From: Nitrososphaeria archaeon
GTDB taxonomy: Archaea > Thermoproteota > Nitrososphaeria > JACIWG01
Assembly: GCA_963752255.1 (NCBI GenBank)
Contig: CAVVXT010000019.1
Location: 224,001 to 288,000 of the forward strand
Length of the DNA: 64,000 nucleotides
Direction: 5' to 3'
Shown in pieces: positions 29,172 through 39,762 of the stretch. A program made the position numbers and the translations under genes. How positions within the stretch are numbered: position 1 is the stretch's first letter; each line of letters opens with the position of its first letter. Below the pieces are notes generated by a model. The model ran no database searches. It saw only the letters and a program-made list of their open reading frames with translations, and was not told the origin of the DNA.

Positions 29172-30215
29172 GTGGATATGTTGCTTCAATTACTTAATGT
29201 TAATCTCACACTAGGAACTTTCAGGCTGAACTCTGTCACCCTAAATGTTAATCAGCAAGAATACCTGATTATAATCGGACGGACTGCCAGTGGCAAGACA
29301 ACGCTTCTTAAGACCATCGCAGGAGCCTACAGACCATCCAGCGGTAAAATACTGATTGATGGCTCAGATATTACAACCGCGCCTCCTGAAAAAAGGAATG
29401 TCGCTTACGTATCACAGATTTTCTCCTCATTTGATCCGATGAATGTCCAAGACAACATAGAGTTTGGGCTCAGAGCTAGAGGCGTGACAAAGTCGGAGAG
29501 AAAACAGCTGGTGAACGGGATTGTTAGAGACCTAGGCATTGAACATCTACTGGATAGGATGCCAGCTACGTTAAGCGGTGGTGAACAGCAGCGCGTTTCG
29601 TTGGCGAGAGCGTTGGTTACCAGCCCAAAGATATTACTATTGGATGAACCGCTTTCGATGATAGACCCCGAGACTAAAGGGTCAATCATAAGGCTACTGA
29701 AAGCAATCCCTGAGAAGTACAACATTCCAGTGGTCCATGTTACTCACGAATGGGACGAGGCTTACACATTAGCAAGTCTAATCGCTGTAATACATGAGGG
29801 CAGGATAATTGAGGTTGGTGATCCTGAACAAATATTTAATGAACCAAGGAACTATCATACGGCGAAGCTTGTAGGTTTCTATGATATGCACAAAGGAATA
29901 GCTACTCTTACTGATTCCGGATCTACAATAAAGTTGGAGAACGGTCTAGAACTGAAGTCGCGTATGAAAATTGGCGGTTCAGTTTACGCCTGTGTAAGAC
30001 CAGAACGAGTTAAACTAAACACCAGTAACGAGTTCAATAACCTTAAGGGAAGAGTTGTAGACGTGTTCAGAGAGAGATTTGGGTTTCGCATAATCATAAA
30101 TATAAACACTATTGAGTTTACAGCACTTGTTGGAAGCAAGCCTACTAGGGGAGATGTTGTAACAATTACCATACCAGAAGACAGCATATACGTGGTACCT
30201 ACTACAGGAATCTAA
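29172..30215 (+). CDS. wtpC: Tungstate/molybdate ABC transporter ATPase with TOBE domain
   Basis: GRTASGKT, LSGGEQQR, LLLDEP, HVTH, VRPE. Confidence 0.88.
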   Translation: MDMLLQLLNVNLTLGTFRLNSVTLNVNQQEYLIIIGRTASGKTTLLKTIAGAYRPSSGKILIDGSDITTAPPEKRNVAYVSQIFSSFDPMNVQDNIEFGLRARGVTKSERKQLVNGIVRDLGIEHLLDRMPATLSGGEQQRVSLARALVTSPKILLLDEPLSMIDPETKGSIIRLLKAIPEKYNIPVVHVTHEWDEAYTLASLIAVIHEGRIIEVGDPEQIFNEPRNYHTAKLVGFYDMHKGIATLTDSGSTIKLENGLELKSRMKIGGSVYACVRPERVKLNTSNEFNNLKGRVVDVFRERFGFRIIININTIEFTALVGSKPTRGDVVTITIPEDSIYVVPTTGI

Positions 30216-30515
30216 TAGCGCGTCTGTACCGATGAAGATCAATGGAGACTTGTGGTCGTAATCGATGGGTGTTCCAAGTAAGCACATGGTTTCAGATCGA
30301 ATCGGTTGATATTTAGAGATACTACTGCAAGTCTTGTGGGAAATGGTTTCATCAACTTTTTCTATTCCTGAAAAAGTTAGAGAATAGTATACCTTATTCT
30401 AAGTTTGGGCAAGGGTCTCTGAACAGATAGTTGACTTTCCTAGTAAAAACATGTGGTTTGACAGAACAACGGATAAATAACGGTATTGAGGTTATTAAGA
30501 GTAAGGTGGCATTTA

Positions 30516-30899
30516 ATGGCTAAAATCGCATACATGCCTTGGCGGGAAATAATTGTTCATGAGATCACAGAACTCGATACGCAACGCTTCTTCGAATCAA
30601 TCGTATCACAGCTTCAGGCACAAGGCCAAACAGGCCTCGTCCCAGGTTGCAGCTGGATCGATGGAATCGCCTTCGTCTTAGGTTTTTTCCCAGATACCCA
30701 AGAAGTGGTAAAGGACAGATTAGAAGGCAAACTACACTATGCAGCTGTTAATTTCACGAGAATGAGTTACCAACAGGAGAAGAGAACAGTTGTTGGAGGA
30801 AGAGAATACACAGTGAAGTTATTTAAGGCGGATGACAACCCTAATTTTGTTGATCTGATTAAGTTCATAAAGGAAAATTTTAAGGAAAAAACTAGTTAG
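30516..30899 (+). CDS. Hypothetical protein
   Basis: AAGGTGG SD before ATG 30516; plausible globular composition (PWREIIVHE, WIDGIAF). Confidence 0.7.
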   Translation: MAKIAYMPWREIIVHEITELDTQRFFESIVSQLQAQGQTGLVPGCSWIDGIAFVLGFFPDTQEVVKDRLEGKLHYAAVNFTRMSYQQEKRTVVGGREYTVKLFKADDNPNFVDLIKFIKENFKEKTS

Positions 30900-31038
30900 C
30901 ACGCTAATTTCAACAATTTCTGTTTTAATATAATTCTTACACAATAGAATGGATAAGGGCAAATGAATAACTGCTCCTTTGAATTTAGATGAAAATGGAA
31001 GTATGAGTCCATAAAGAGGACGATTCCTCTAATGGCTG

Positions 31039-31209
31039 CTACATATGTACCACATACGGTATCTTGAAATTGGCAGTCTTCCCCGCGCCGTTGGGACACA
31101 GTAATCCAACGCATTTTGACCCCCTAATTTTCAAGTTTAGGTCTGAAATGGCGACGAAAGAGCCGAAATATTTGGAAAGATTTATGGCTTCAAGGGATGA
31201 ATTTGTCAA
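31039..31209 (-). pseudogene. Truncated ABC ATPase relic
   Basis: Manual translation MTNSSLEAINLSKYFGSFVAISDLNLKIRGSKCVGLLCPNGAGKTANFKIPYVVHM*; degenerate Walker A then early stop. Confidence 0.75.
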
Positions 31210-31231
31210 AGCAACCACAGCTAACTCATTT

Positions 31232-32431
31232 TTAAGCTGTCATCATTCTTCTGAACACAGGCACAGCAATCGCGATCATGACCGCTCCAAACACTATCAT
31301 TATGATCAACTCATTTGATATTGCGGGTATCCCTGCGCCTAGCACCATAACCTTCCGGAGAGCCTGAGACGCGTAGGTTAGCGGAAGGACTTTGGATATG
31401 TCCTGCATGTACCATGGCATCTGCTGTATCGGGAAGAACACGCCGCTAAGGAACATCATCGGGAACATCAGCGTCATCATAAGCATCTGTGCTGTCCCTT
31501 GGTCCTTTGCGAAAGATGTTATTACGATGCCTAGGCCGACGAAGCTGAATACGCCAAGCAAGAGCAGGCCGAATACCAGCAGAATGCTTCCTTGAATTAT
31601 TACACCGAACAGGCCAATAGATAATGCGAGTATTATGACTCCTTGGAGCAGGCCTCTTGCAGTTTGGCCTAGGGTTTTCCCAAGTATTATGCTTAGCCTG
31701 TTAATCGGTGAAACCATCATCCCGTCCATTGTGCCAATTTCCCTCTCCTGAGATATTGCGACAGGGAGTCCTGTCATGACGCTCATCATCACAGTCATAG
31801 CCATTATGCCTGGTGCGATGAAGTTAAAGTAACTGGAAGTTCCGGCAACAACTCCTTCAGTCTGAACATTGTAGGGTTTCACGATGGCAAGAGAATTGTT
31901 TGCGTTAACTGCTGGATTCAGCGATTGAACTTTCTGCTGAGCTAACATAGTGCCCATTTGGTTAAAAACAGCGGTTAAAACTTCCTGAATGGTCGCAGAT
32001 ATTTGTGGGTTAGACTGGTCAGTTATAATAATCAGAGTCCCCTGTTGCCCGGTCATGATGCTTGTAGAGAAATTGCTGGGGATGACTATACCGCCGTCAA
32101 TATCGCCCCTCTGAATCATATTCTTGATATCGCCAACATTCGACGCGTTAGATAAAACCATCATCCCTGTCTTTTTGTTGATCTGCTGCAAGACTATGGT
32201 AAAAGTTTGGCTTGCAATAGTGGAATTGCGATAACCAACATCCTCATTCACCAACGCGACAGGCAAGTTGCTTACCGTGCTGCCGTTGGACGGATAAATA
32301 AAGCCTACCATACCCATCATGAATATCGGCATTAGCACAAGTAAGACTAACCCCAGTCGGTTCCTGAACAGCTCCGTTAGATCTTTCTGAGCGATCCTAA
32401 TACTGTGTAAAAGTAGAGACTTTGCTCCCAT
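31232..32431 (-). CDS. ABC-2 type exporter permease
   Basis: TM helix, large extracellular loop, APGI, EREIGT, FLSGVFFP, PLTYA. Confidence 0.92.
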   Translation of the reverse strand: MGAKSLLLHSIRIAQKDLTELFRNRLGLVLLVLMPIFMMGMVGFIYPSNGSTVSNLPVALVNEDVGYRNSTIASQTFTIVLQQINKKTGMMVLSNASNVGDIKNMIQRGDIDGGIVIPSNFSTSIMTGQQGTLIIITDQSNPQISATIQEVLTAVFNQMGTMLAQQKVQSLNPAVNANNSLAIVKPYNVQTEGVVAGTSSYFNFIAPGIMAMTVMMSVMTGLPVAISQEREIGTMDGMMVSPINRLSIILGKTLGQTARGLLQGVIILALSIGLFGVIIQGSILLVFGLLLLGVFSFVGLGIVITSFAKDQGTAQMLMMTLMFPMMFLSGVFFPIQQMPWYMQDISKVLPLTYASQALRKVMVLGAGIPAISNELIIMIVFGAVMIAIAVPVFRRMMTA

Positions 32432-32437
32432 TCTGCC

Positions 32438-33460
32438 TCACCTTATCCTCCCCTGCGGCGCCCCAAAGCGCCGATGACCCGCAGCAATCGGTATCTTCTG
32501 GTCGGCGCTATCTCTAACCTGATGACCCGTTAGATGCAAGAATACATCTTCAAGCGTAGGTTGGAGATTTTCAATAGAATTTATCTTTCCGTTTTTCGCC
32601 CTCACAGTGTCGATTACAGAGTCGAACGCCTCGTCGCCATGGACGATAACCCTCAAATGCATGGAATTTTCTTGACTGACAGCGTCCACGCATCCACATG
32701 AGCGGATGCCCTCGATAATATCGGCTGATAGATTTCCGATCTCTAGTTCCATTATAGTTGTATCAGCTCCTGAAATTAGTTTTTTCAAATTTGTTGATGT
32801 ATCAAGCGCGACAATTTTGCCGTGGTCCATAATACCTATGCGATCACACAACAAATCAGCATCAACCATCATATGCGTCGTTATTATAATGGTGGTTTTA
32901 TTTTCTCTATTGATTTTCTTTATGAACTCCTTGATCTCAACAGACGATTGAGGATCCAAACCCAGTGTTGGCTCATCCAAGAACAGCACTTGGGGCATGT
33001 TAAGGAGGGCCCGTATCACGTTTATCCTCTGTCGCATGCCTGTCGAAAACGTGCCCACTTGAGCGTTCTTCCATTTGGTGAGTTGGACCAGCTCTAGCAG
33101 TTCGTCAATTCTCTTCGTTAAGAGATCTTTGGGAATGTCGAAGAGATTTCCAAAAAATCGCAGGTTCTCTGTGGCCGTCAAACGATTGTACATTATCATC
33201 TTTTCGGAAACTATACCTATCAATTTTCGCACATTGGTGTCGTTTTTCACGATGTCGTAGCCGCCAATCGTTGCAGTTCCCTTTGAAGGCCTTGCTAATG
33301 TAGAGAGCACACGTAAGGTGGTGCTCTTGCCTGCCCCGTTAGGACCGAGTAGGCCGAAGATCTCGCCTTTCTTAACGTCAAATGAGATGTCGTCAACCGC
33401 TGCGAAATCGTTGAATGTTTTAGTAAGGTTCTTTACTTCGATTATTGACTCAGTTTCCAA
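32438..33460 (-). CDS. ABC exporter ATPase (DrrA-like)
   Basis: GPNGAGKST, FSTGMRQR, FLDEPTLGLDP, TTH, TLEDVFL. Confidence 0.94.
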   Translation of the reverse strand: METESIIEVKNLTKTFNDFAAVDDISFDVKKGEIFGLLGPNGAGKSTTLRVLSTLARPSKGTATIGGYDIVKNDTNVRKLIGIVSEKMIMYNRLTATENLRFFGNLFDIPKDLLTKRIDELLELVQLTKWKNAQVGTFSTGMRQRINVIRALLNMPQVLFLDEPTLGLDPQSSVEIKEFIKKINRENKTTIIITTHMMVDADLLCDRIGIMDHGKIVALDTSTNLKKLISGADTTIMELEIGNLSADIIEGIRSCGCVDAVSQENSMHLRVIVHGDEAFDSVIDTVRAKNGKINSIENLQPTLEDVFLHLTGHQVRDSADQKIPIAAGHRRFGAPQGRIR

Positions 33461-33480
33461 CTTTAAATCACCTTTACCGG

Positions 33481-33515
33481 AATATTATTCGTTGAAATAT
33501 TATTCATTGCAATAT
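33481..33515. repeat. 15-bp tandem repeat in the divergent ABC/PadR promoter
   Basis: AATATTATTCGTTGA AATATTATTCATTGC AATAT. Confidence 0.6.
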
Positions 33516-33576
33516 ATCTCCATGGGAGCAAGGCAAAAATAAGTAAAATATAAATATTCCTAAAGACAATAATAAT

Positions 33577-34182
33577 TTGGTAACGCACATGCAAACAGAA
33601 TTCGAAGAAGAGACAACTGTGCACTGGCTGAAGGAAGCGCAAAAAGGTTACATCCGCGTTGCGGTACTCATTCTCCTCAACAAGAAGCCGTCTCACGGCT
33701 ACGAAATCATGAAAGAAATCAAAGACAAAACCAGAGGCTTTTGGAAACCGACAGCCGGCGGCGTATACCCAATCCTTAGAGACCTAGAAAAAGATGGATA
33801 CATCGAAGGGAAATGGTCCACCCAAAATAACAGAAAAATAAAGGTCTACAAAATCACCCACACAGGCAGTATTATTCTCAAACGTGCAATTGTCAAGCAA
33901 AGCAAAATCGCTAACAGCATGAACGCCCTGTTTCAAGACTTTGCGAAAGACGTTTTGAGCATAAAACCAGAAACATTACCAATGCTAGTTATACCAACCC
34001 CTTTCTCCCCCTTCTTTGAGGAGAAAAATCAAGAACAGGAATTGGACATAAAAAACTTAAAACAAAAACGCAACAATCTTAAAGGCACAATCAGGATGTT
34101 GCAAAAAGAGCTTCAAACAACAAATAAAAAATTAGCCAAACAAATAGCTGTGAAAGAACCAAAGAAAGTGAGCTCATCATAG
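33577..34182 (+). CDS. PadR family transcriptional regulator with C-terminal coiled coil
   Basis: HGYEIMKEI, GGVYPIL..LE..GYI, KVYKIT..G; ATG 33589 is an alternative start. Confidence 0.92.
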   Translation: MVTHMQTEFEEETTVHWLKEAQKGYIRVAVLILLNKKPSHGYEIMKEIKDKTRGFWKPTAGGVYPILRDLEKDGYIEGKWSTQNNRKIKVYKITHTGSIILKRAIVKQSKIANSMNALFQDFAKDVLSIKPETLPMLVIPTPFSPFFEEKNQEQELDIKNLKQKRNNLKGTIRMLQKELQTTNKKLAKQIAVKEPKKVSSS

Positions 34183-34530
34183 TAGTTGGACTTCATGCTC
34201 AAATAAATACGCGATACTAAATATCTGAGACAAGCGCCTGCAATTAGCATGGTCTGTCTAAAACGTCAGAGGATAGTCGTTCTAAGTTCATGACTTAATC
34301 TGTTAAGTTCCATAACGAAAACCCGGCAAATAATCATAATCACCCTGATACTTTGAATTCTGCTAACTCATTAAAGAGAACCTTGAACTTAACAAATGCA
34401 TTTTATTTAAAAAGCGTCTAAGAAAGAGAATAAATTAACTTATCATGTATGCTTCTGAAATTAACTATCCCGTAAAAATTCGGGAAATTTTAATATTATG
34501 TACTTCCATGTATGGAATTTGGTGAAATTG

Positions 34531-34689
34531 ATGCCATACAAGAAGAAGATCGTGTTGGGGACAGCGGTCGTTAGCGGCCTAACGGTCGGTGGAATATTAG
34601 CGTACAGAAAGTTCAAGAAAAACATCATCATAGGATTAGTCATCGCCCTACCTTTGTGGGCAATGCTCATTTATTTTTACTTCCTCTAG
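34531..34689 (+). CDS. Small two-TM membrane protein
   Basis: GGTGA SD; MPYKKKIVLGTAVVSGLTVGGILAYRKFKKNIIIGLVIALPLWAMLIYFYFL. Confidence 0.55.
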   Translation: MPYKKKIVLGTAVVSGLTVGGILAYRKFKKNIIIGLVIALPLWAMLIYFYFL

Positions 34690-35031
34690 AAAGGTCTCCA
34701 CACATACGATATATTGATATATAAGAAATCTTATTTAAATGTCGCTATAATAGCGGACATGTGGGTTTTCGACCATAAAAACGCTCATTTTTCGACCACT
34801 CTTTTATAAATATTCCATGATATATCGATAGTTATATATCTTTTCTGAAAGGAAATATTTGAAAAAGTAAATCTAAAAGGGAAGAATCTCGCTCGTAAAT
34901 ATCCGCACTGCCTTAAACGGTTATCGATGAGCCGACAGTTTACAGCCAGACAGATGAGCCGTTATCTTGACAGAACCCAAAAAAAGGGAATCCATAAATA
35001 TGTCCTAATCAAAAAATAATAATGAATACTT

Positions 35032-35547
35032 ATGTCCAAAGAGAAAAAGGGAGCCCTTGCAGTTAAAAAGACAAATAAGCCTACGATTGCCGTTAAAAAA
35101 CCTCAACCTAGTGAAATTCAAGAGTTCAACAAGTTGTTAGACACGTTCCGGAGTGAGTTAATATGGGACCCCTTCCGAGGATTCGAGTGGCCTATTGAAT
35201 ATGAACTCCCGACGCGTATACCCTTTGTTGATGTTATCGACTCAGGTAACGAGTATGTTGTGAAAGCAGAGATTCCGGGGTTGAAAAAGGAAAATGTTAA
35301 GATTGAGGTTGGGACGAACGAGTTGTCACTGACTGCCAAATCTGATGTTGAGAAGGAGGAGAAGGAAGGAAAAACCTATTTGCACAGGGAAAGAGCTTTC
35401 TCCGCATTCCGCAGATATATAGGATTCGCTGAAAGCGTAGATGTAGACAAAGTTTCAGCTAACATAGCTGAAGGTATCCTCGAAGTAAAACTTCCCAAAC
35501 TCGAGCACAAGCCTGAAAAGGAAAGAAAACAGATAACAATCCCATAA
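35032..35547 (+). CDS. Small heat-shock protein (Hsp20)
   Basis: PFVDVID, AEIPGLKKENV, ER..SAFRR, GILEVKLPK. Confidence 0.93.
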   Translation: MSKEKKGALAVKKTNKPTIAVKKPQPSEIQEFNKLLDTFRSELIWDPFRGFEWPIEYELPTRIPFVDVIDSGNEYVVKAEIPGLKKENVKIEVGTNELSLTAKSDVEKEEKEGKTYLHRERAFSAFRRYIGFAESVDVDKVSANIAEGILEVKLPKLEHKPEKERKQITIP

Positions 35548-36362
35548 ACCTTTTTTTAACCATCATTCGTATATGCCAGAATTATCTTTGTATTTAGTTA
35601 CAAACTTTGTTAACTAATAGTATTTTCCGGGATTATCGAGTTGTCAACTTCTAATATACATTAAATCTCTATTTAACTGATGGATAAGGGCTTTTTTATA
35701 TAGTAGGACCACTTCTTATAGTCGATAGCGATGTGTCTTAGTAGATTTGTTACTAGCATGTAAGGAGATCTGATTAGGAGCAAAGGCTATCAGAGCCGAC
35801 CTAGAAATTTTAGGAACATCTAGCGAATCATGTTTGTGGTCCACCTTGCCTTACCATGTCAGATAAGGTAAAAGTTATTAAGACTTGGCATGTTGTTGAT
35901 CTATTTTTAACTTGATCTTATGGTAAACCACCCACTAAGAATTTCTAAAACAGATCCAATTTAGCGTTCTTGCCATGGGTCAAGATGGCTTATCAAAATG
36001 ACCCCTGCCTATAAGTTGAAAGAAGTTGCCCAGTTAGAAACTTTTTTTGGGATTCACTTAATTATTTAATTGTATACTGGCTAACCCACCAAAAAGTAAC
36101 TGATAGTCTTTAGTTAATTTAAGTGATCCTACGGTTATCATGTCACTTCTCCTCGAATCTCGTGAACCGTAGTATTGTTATGATTACTCGCCTAGATTTA
36201 CTATGGTGTTCCTATTCCTCCTGAACAAAAGAACCATGTATTGTATCTGACATATAATAATTGGTTCCTTGGTTATTTATATTATGGGTTAAGTCACAGT
36301 CTGAATGGGATAGCTAACCGCTAATAATAATAGCAACTCCATATTATATATGCGGGAGAAAA

Positions 36363-37718
36363 ATGGCTGGGCTCATATTCTATGGCGGAGTCAACGAGAT
36401 CGGCGGCAACAAGATCCTTCTGAAAGACAAAGATACGAAGATCTTATTTGACTTCGGACAGGCTTTCAATTTTGGCGTAGATTATTTTACAGGGTGGCTT
36501 TGCCCACGTGCAGTAAACGGTTTAGGAGACCATTTTGAATTTGGCCTTTTGCCCAAGATACAAGGATTATACGCAAAGGAACAGTTAGCCTTCACTGATC
36601 TTCCTTACTCGGAGCCAGAGATCGGAGCAGTCTTTCTCTCCCACGCTCATTTTGACCATGTTGCGCACATCTGTTTTGTGGACCCGCAGATCCCCGTGCA
36701 TCTTGGTGTTGGTACAAAGCTTTTTCTTGAATCGATGGAAGAAACCAGCAGTTTTTGTGACTACGGCGAACACAAATACCGAACTTTCCGCACTGGAAAG
36801 AAAATTAGGATAGATGGCATAGAAGTAAAACCTGTGCATGTTGATCACTCGATTCCCGCAGCGTATGGCTTCGTCATACACACGTCCGAGGGAACAGTCG
36901 TCTACACTGGGGACGTTAGGATGCATGGTCCAAAAAAGAATCTTACCGAAGAATTCATAGAGAGAGCAAGAGGATCCAAGCCGGACGCTCTGATCTGCGA
37001 AGGAACAAGGATGGCACTGAAAGAAAAACGTAAGAACTACACCGAGTTCCAGGTGGAACAGCTGAGCAATAAAATTGTCTCTTCAACCGACAAGATTGTA
37101 CTCGTGGCGCATTACAGTCGTGACATGGACAGGTTCAGAAGTTTCTACAACGTAGCAATCAAGAACGAAAGAAAGATTGTGGTCTCACCAAAAACCGCTT
37201 ACCTGCTCAGCAAGCTTATCCACGATGAACACCTTGACCTGCCAGATCCTTTGAAGGACAGCCGCATTCTAGTATATTACAAGCGCAAGAAGTCTGGAAC
37301 CTACGACGACGCCGACTATTATGGATGGGAGAGACAGTTCATGGACAAGATGGTGACATACAAGTTTGTCCATGAGAACCAGAGTAGGCTCATCATGGAC
37401 CTAGACTTCTATCAGTTTGCAGAGTTGATAGACATAAAACCGGAGCAGGGTAGTCACTTTATTCACAGTATGAGCGAGCCTTTCAGTGAAGAGGATGTTG
37501 AAGATGAAGTTCTGCACAACTGGCTTGACCATTTTGAAATACTGTTTCACCAACTACACGCTTCAGGCCATCTGAACAGAGAGCAAATAGGACATCTGGT
37601 TACTGAGATAGATGCAAAGAGGGTCTTTCCTGTTCACACAGAAAACTCGCATTTGTTCAAATACATAAGCGAAAATATTCAGAAGATAGAATGTGGGAAA
37701 GAATACAGGATTAGCTAA
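36363..37718 (+). CDS. MBL-fold beta-CASP nuclease (RNase J-like)
   Basis: GGVNEIGGN, SHAHFDH, VDHS, YTGD, CEGT, HASGH, PVH motifs. Confidence 0.88.
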   Translation: MAGLIFYGGVNEIGGNKILLKDKDTKILFDFGQAFNFGVDYFTGWLCPRAVNGLGDHFEFGLLPKIQGLYAKEQLAFTDLPYSEPEIGAVFLSHAHFDHVAHICFVDPQIPVHLGVGTKLFLESMEETSSFCDYGEHKYRTFRTGKKIRIDGIEVKPVHVDHSIPAAYGFVIHTSEGTVVYTGDVRMHGPKKNLTEEFIERARGSKPDALICEGTRMALKEKRKNYTEFQVEQLSNKIVSSTDKIVLVAHYSRDMDRFRSFYNVAIKNERKIVVSPKTAYLLSKLIHDEHLDLPDPLKDSRILVYYKRKKSGTYDDADYYGWERQFMDKMVTYKFVHENQSRLIMDLDFYQFAELIDIKPEQGSHFIHSMSEPFSEEDVEDEVLHNWLDHFEILFHQLHASGHLNREQIGHLVTEIDAKRVFPVHTENSHLFKYISENIQKIECGKEYRIS

Positions 37719-37770
37719 ATTTGAAGCAAATTGTGGATATAAAATTTATGTTTGACAAAGGGATGTTTAG

Positions 37771-37959
37771 ATGGTTGAATATTTCCACTTGAGTGGTTCC
37801 CTAACGAGTGTTAATACTGACAAAAAGGTGATGATAATAATGGTTGATGGCAATGAACGAACTTTTAATTACCAAGTAGAACTTCCAGAAGAATGGATCG
37901 TTAAGAATGTCGGTGAAGAAATAAAGGTCGTTATAAAAGACAGAGTAATAAATAATTAA
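37771..37959 (+). CDS. Small hypothetical beta-rich protein
   Basis: ATG ORF with AGGGATG SD-like motif; no recognised family. Confidence 0.45.
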   Translation: MVEYFHLSGSLTSVNTDKKVMIIMVDGNERTFNYQVELPEEWIVKNVGEEIKVVIKDRVINN

Positions 37960-38323
37960 AGTTAAATAATAAAAAATCAGTTAGCACCTTTTCCCTTTTT
38001 TTAATATTCCATCTGTTCCGAAGACGATAATTTAATAAACGGGAACATTATAGGAAATTAAAATACTGACCCTTATCGCTCAGCTTTATTGGTCAAAATG
38101 TTTCAAGATGATGAGAAAAGCTGGAAAGCTCTAACTACATATTGCCAGTATGTAAATAATTATGCTCTTCTTCTAGGAAAAAGGTAGTAAATTTTCTTAG
38201 GAAATGGGATCAGTAGCATGTATTTTTATAAAAAAGGATTTTATAGATATAACTATCTTATGATAACACAACCGCCTCTGAAATTCAAAAGTTAAATAGA
38301 GAGATTGGGGGTTAAATCATTCT

Positions 38324-38701
38324 ATGAAATGTTCCTGTTGCGGTATATGTTGTCAGAAAACCAAGATGATGCTTTCATTTGAAGACGTTAAACGATTGGA
38401 AAGGTTAGATTATGATTGTCAGAAGTTCATATTTCGTGATAGACAAGGTTTCTTTTGTTTGCAGAATGATCACGGGCACTGTTTTTTCTATGATGTCTGG
38501 AATCATAGTTGTAATGTCTATAAGGATAGGCCTCTGGGATGCTACATTTATCCAGTGATCTATCAGGTAGGGAAAGGAATCAAGGTCGATGATATTTGCC
38601 CAATGAAGTATACTGTATCCAAGAGGGAACTGAAAAGAAAAGGTAAAGAGTTATCAGATCTTATTCAAAGATTATCACAAGAGTCTAAAGTTGACTTTTG
38701 A
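38324..38701 (+). CDS. YkgJ family cysteine-cluster protein
   Basis: CSCCGICC, CFFY, CNVYKDRPLGCYIYP. Confidence 0.88.
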   Translation: MKCSCCGICCQKTKMMLSFEDVKRLERLDYDCQKFIFRDRQGFFCLQNDHGHCFFYDVWNHSCNVYKDRPLGCYIYPVIYQVGKGIKVDDICPMKYTVSKRELKRKGKELSDLIQRLSQESKVDF

Positions 38702-38887
38702 GGAATTTTAAATAGGTAGGTACTAATTTTTCAGGGAAACTGTTGGAGCAGATATTGGAACATCATCCGAAGCTGGGCGATCTTGGACAGCTAAACAGGG
38801 TGAGAGCTTCTAACCGTGTGTCGTATAAACGACTGTACGGCACTAAAGGTTTTAATTATACGGACTCCGTTGTTCCCTCGTAGGTAG

Positions 38888-39406
38888 ATGAGCAGCACTT
38901 ATTCTCTCCTTGAAGTCAACAATCTCGTACTTAAGAAGAAGATACTCTCCATGCGTGAGCATTATGATCTGGAGGGTGTGACAGGAATGAAATTGGGAGA
39001 AGCTGATGGTAATCTGTTTCAGTTTCCCACCAAGTTCGTCATCATAGATACAAATCGTTCTGAGTTGATGCATCTTACAGGGAAAGTATTGTCGCTCCGA
39101 AACCAGTTCACTTTCTATGACAATACTGGAGTGGAACTGGGAACCATAAAGAAGAAGATAGTCAAATTGATCGGGGAAGAGTACTGGGTGGAAAAAGACG
39201 GGCTTGAGTTCATGCGCATTTACGGTAATTTCACGGAGCACGACTATCAGATACAGGTCAACGGGGTTCAGGTCGCCTCTGTGCACAAGAAATGGGTCTC
39301 GGTGCGAGATCAGCTCGGCGTCTCGATAACAGGAGAAGCAGATCACCGAGTGATAATCGGAGCAGTGATTGTGATCGAACATGTGGAGGTCACGGAGAGT
39401 CGATGA
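38888..39406 (+). CDS. LURP-one/Tubby C-like (scramblase-related) protein
   Basis: LKKKILSMREHY, GKVLSLR, GNFTEHDY, VHKKWVSVRD pattern. Confidence 0.8.
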   Translation: MSSTYSLLEVNNLVLKKKILSMREHYDLEGVTGMKLGEADGNLFQFPTKFVIIDTNRSELMHLTGKVLSLRNQFTFYDNTGVELGTIKKKIVKLIGEEYWVEKDGLEFMRIYGNFTEHDYQIQVNGVQVASVHKKWVSVRDQLGVSITGEADHRVIIGAVIVIEHVEVTESR

Positions 39407-39436
39407 AAAACTTTAAGCGCTGTTTAGAACCGGAAG

Positions 39437-39762
39437 ATGGAAAACTTGAAGACGATGGTAATCTATATGTCTATTTCTCATAATAAAACTGAGAAATTGG
39501 CAAAGGTTCTAGTTGATACTTTATCTACAGATTTGAAAAAGGCAGATCAAATCGATCCAAGCAGTCTTTCAGATTATGACCTTACTGGTTTTGGTTCAGG
39601 AATCTATAATGAAAAACACCAAAAAGCCTGCTTAATTTAGTTGAAAGCCTGCCTCAAAGCAACCAGAAGGCATTAATCTTTTCCACAGCAGTTTACGTAA
39701 CAGAAAAGAGAGCGCAGAAATATCATGATCCCGGCACATACATGAACAAACTCATAGGCTAG
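39437..39762 (+). pseudogene. Flavodoxin-like gene, frameshifted and truncated
   Basis: YMSISHNKTEKLAK, YDLTGFGSGIY; the -1 frame continues SLLNLVESLPQSNQKALIFSTA and then degenerates. Confidence 0.7.

Noticed and set aside
31064-31318. Plus-strand 84-aa ORF
   Set aside because: It is the antisense of the truncated ABC ATPase relic.
34925-34937. CGATGAGCCGACA, complementary to a conserved 23S rRNA peptidyl-transferase segment
   Set aside because: Short match that is not positioned directly 5' of a D-like box as a guide would be; may be chance.
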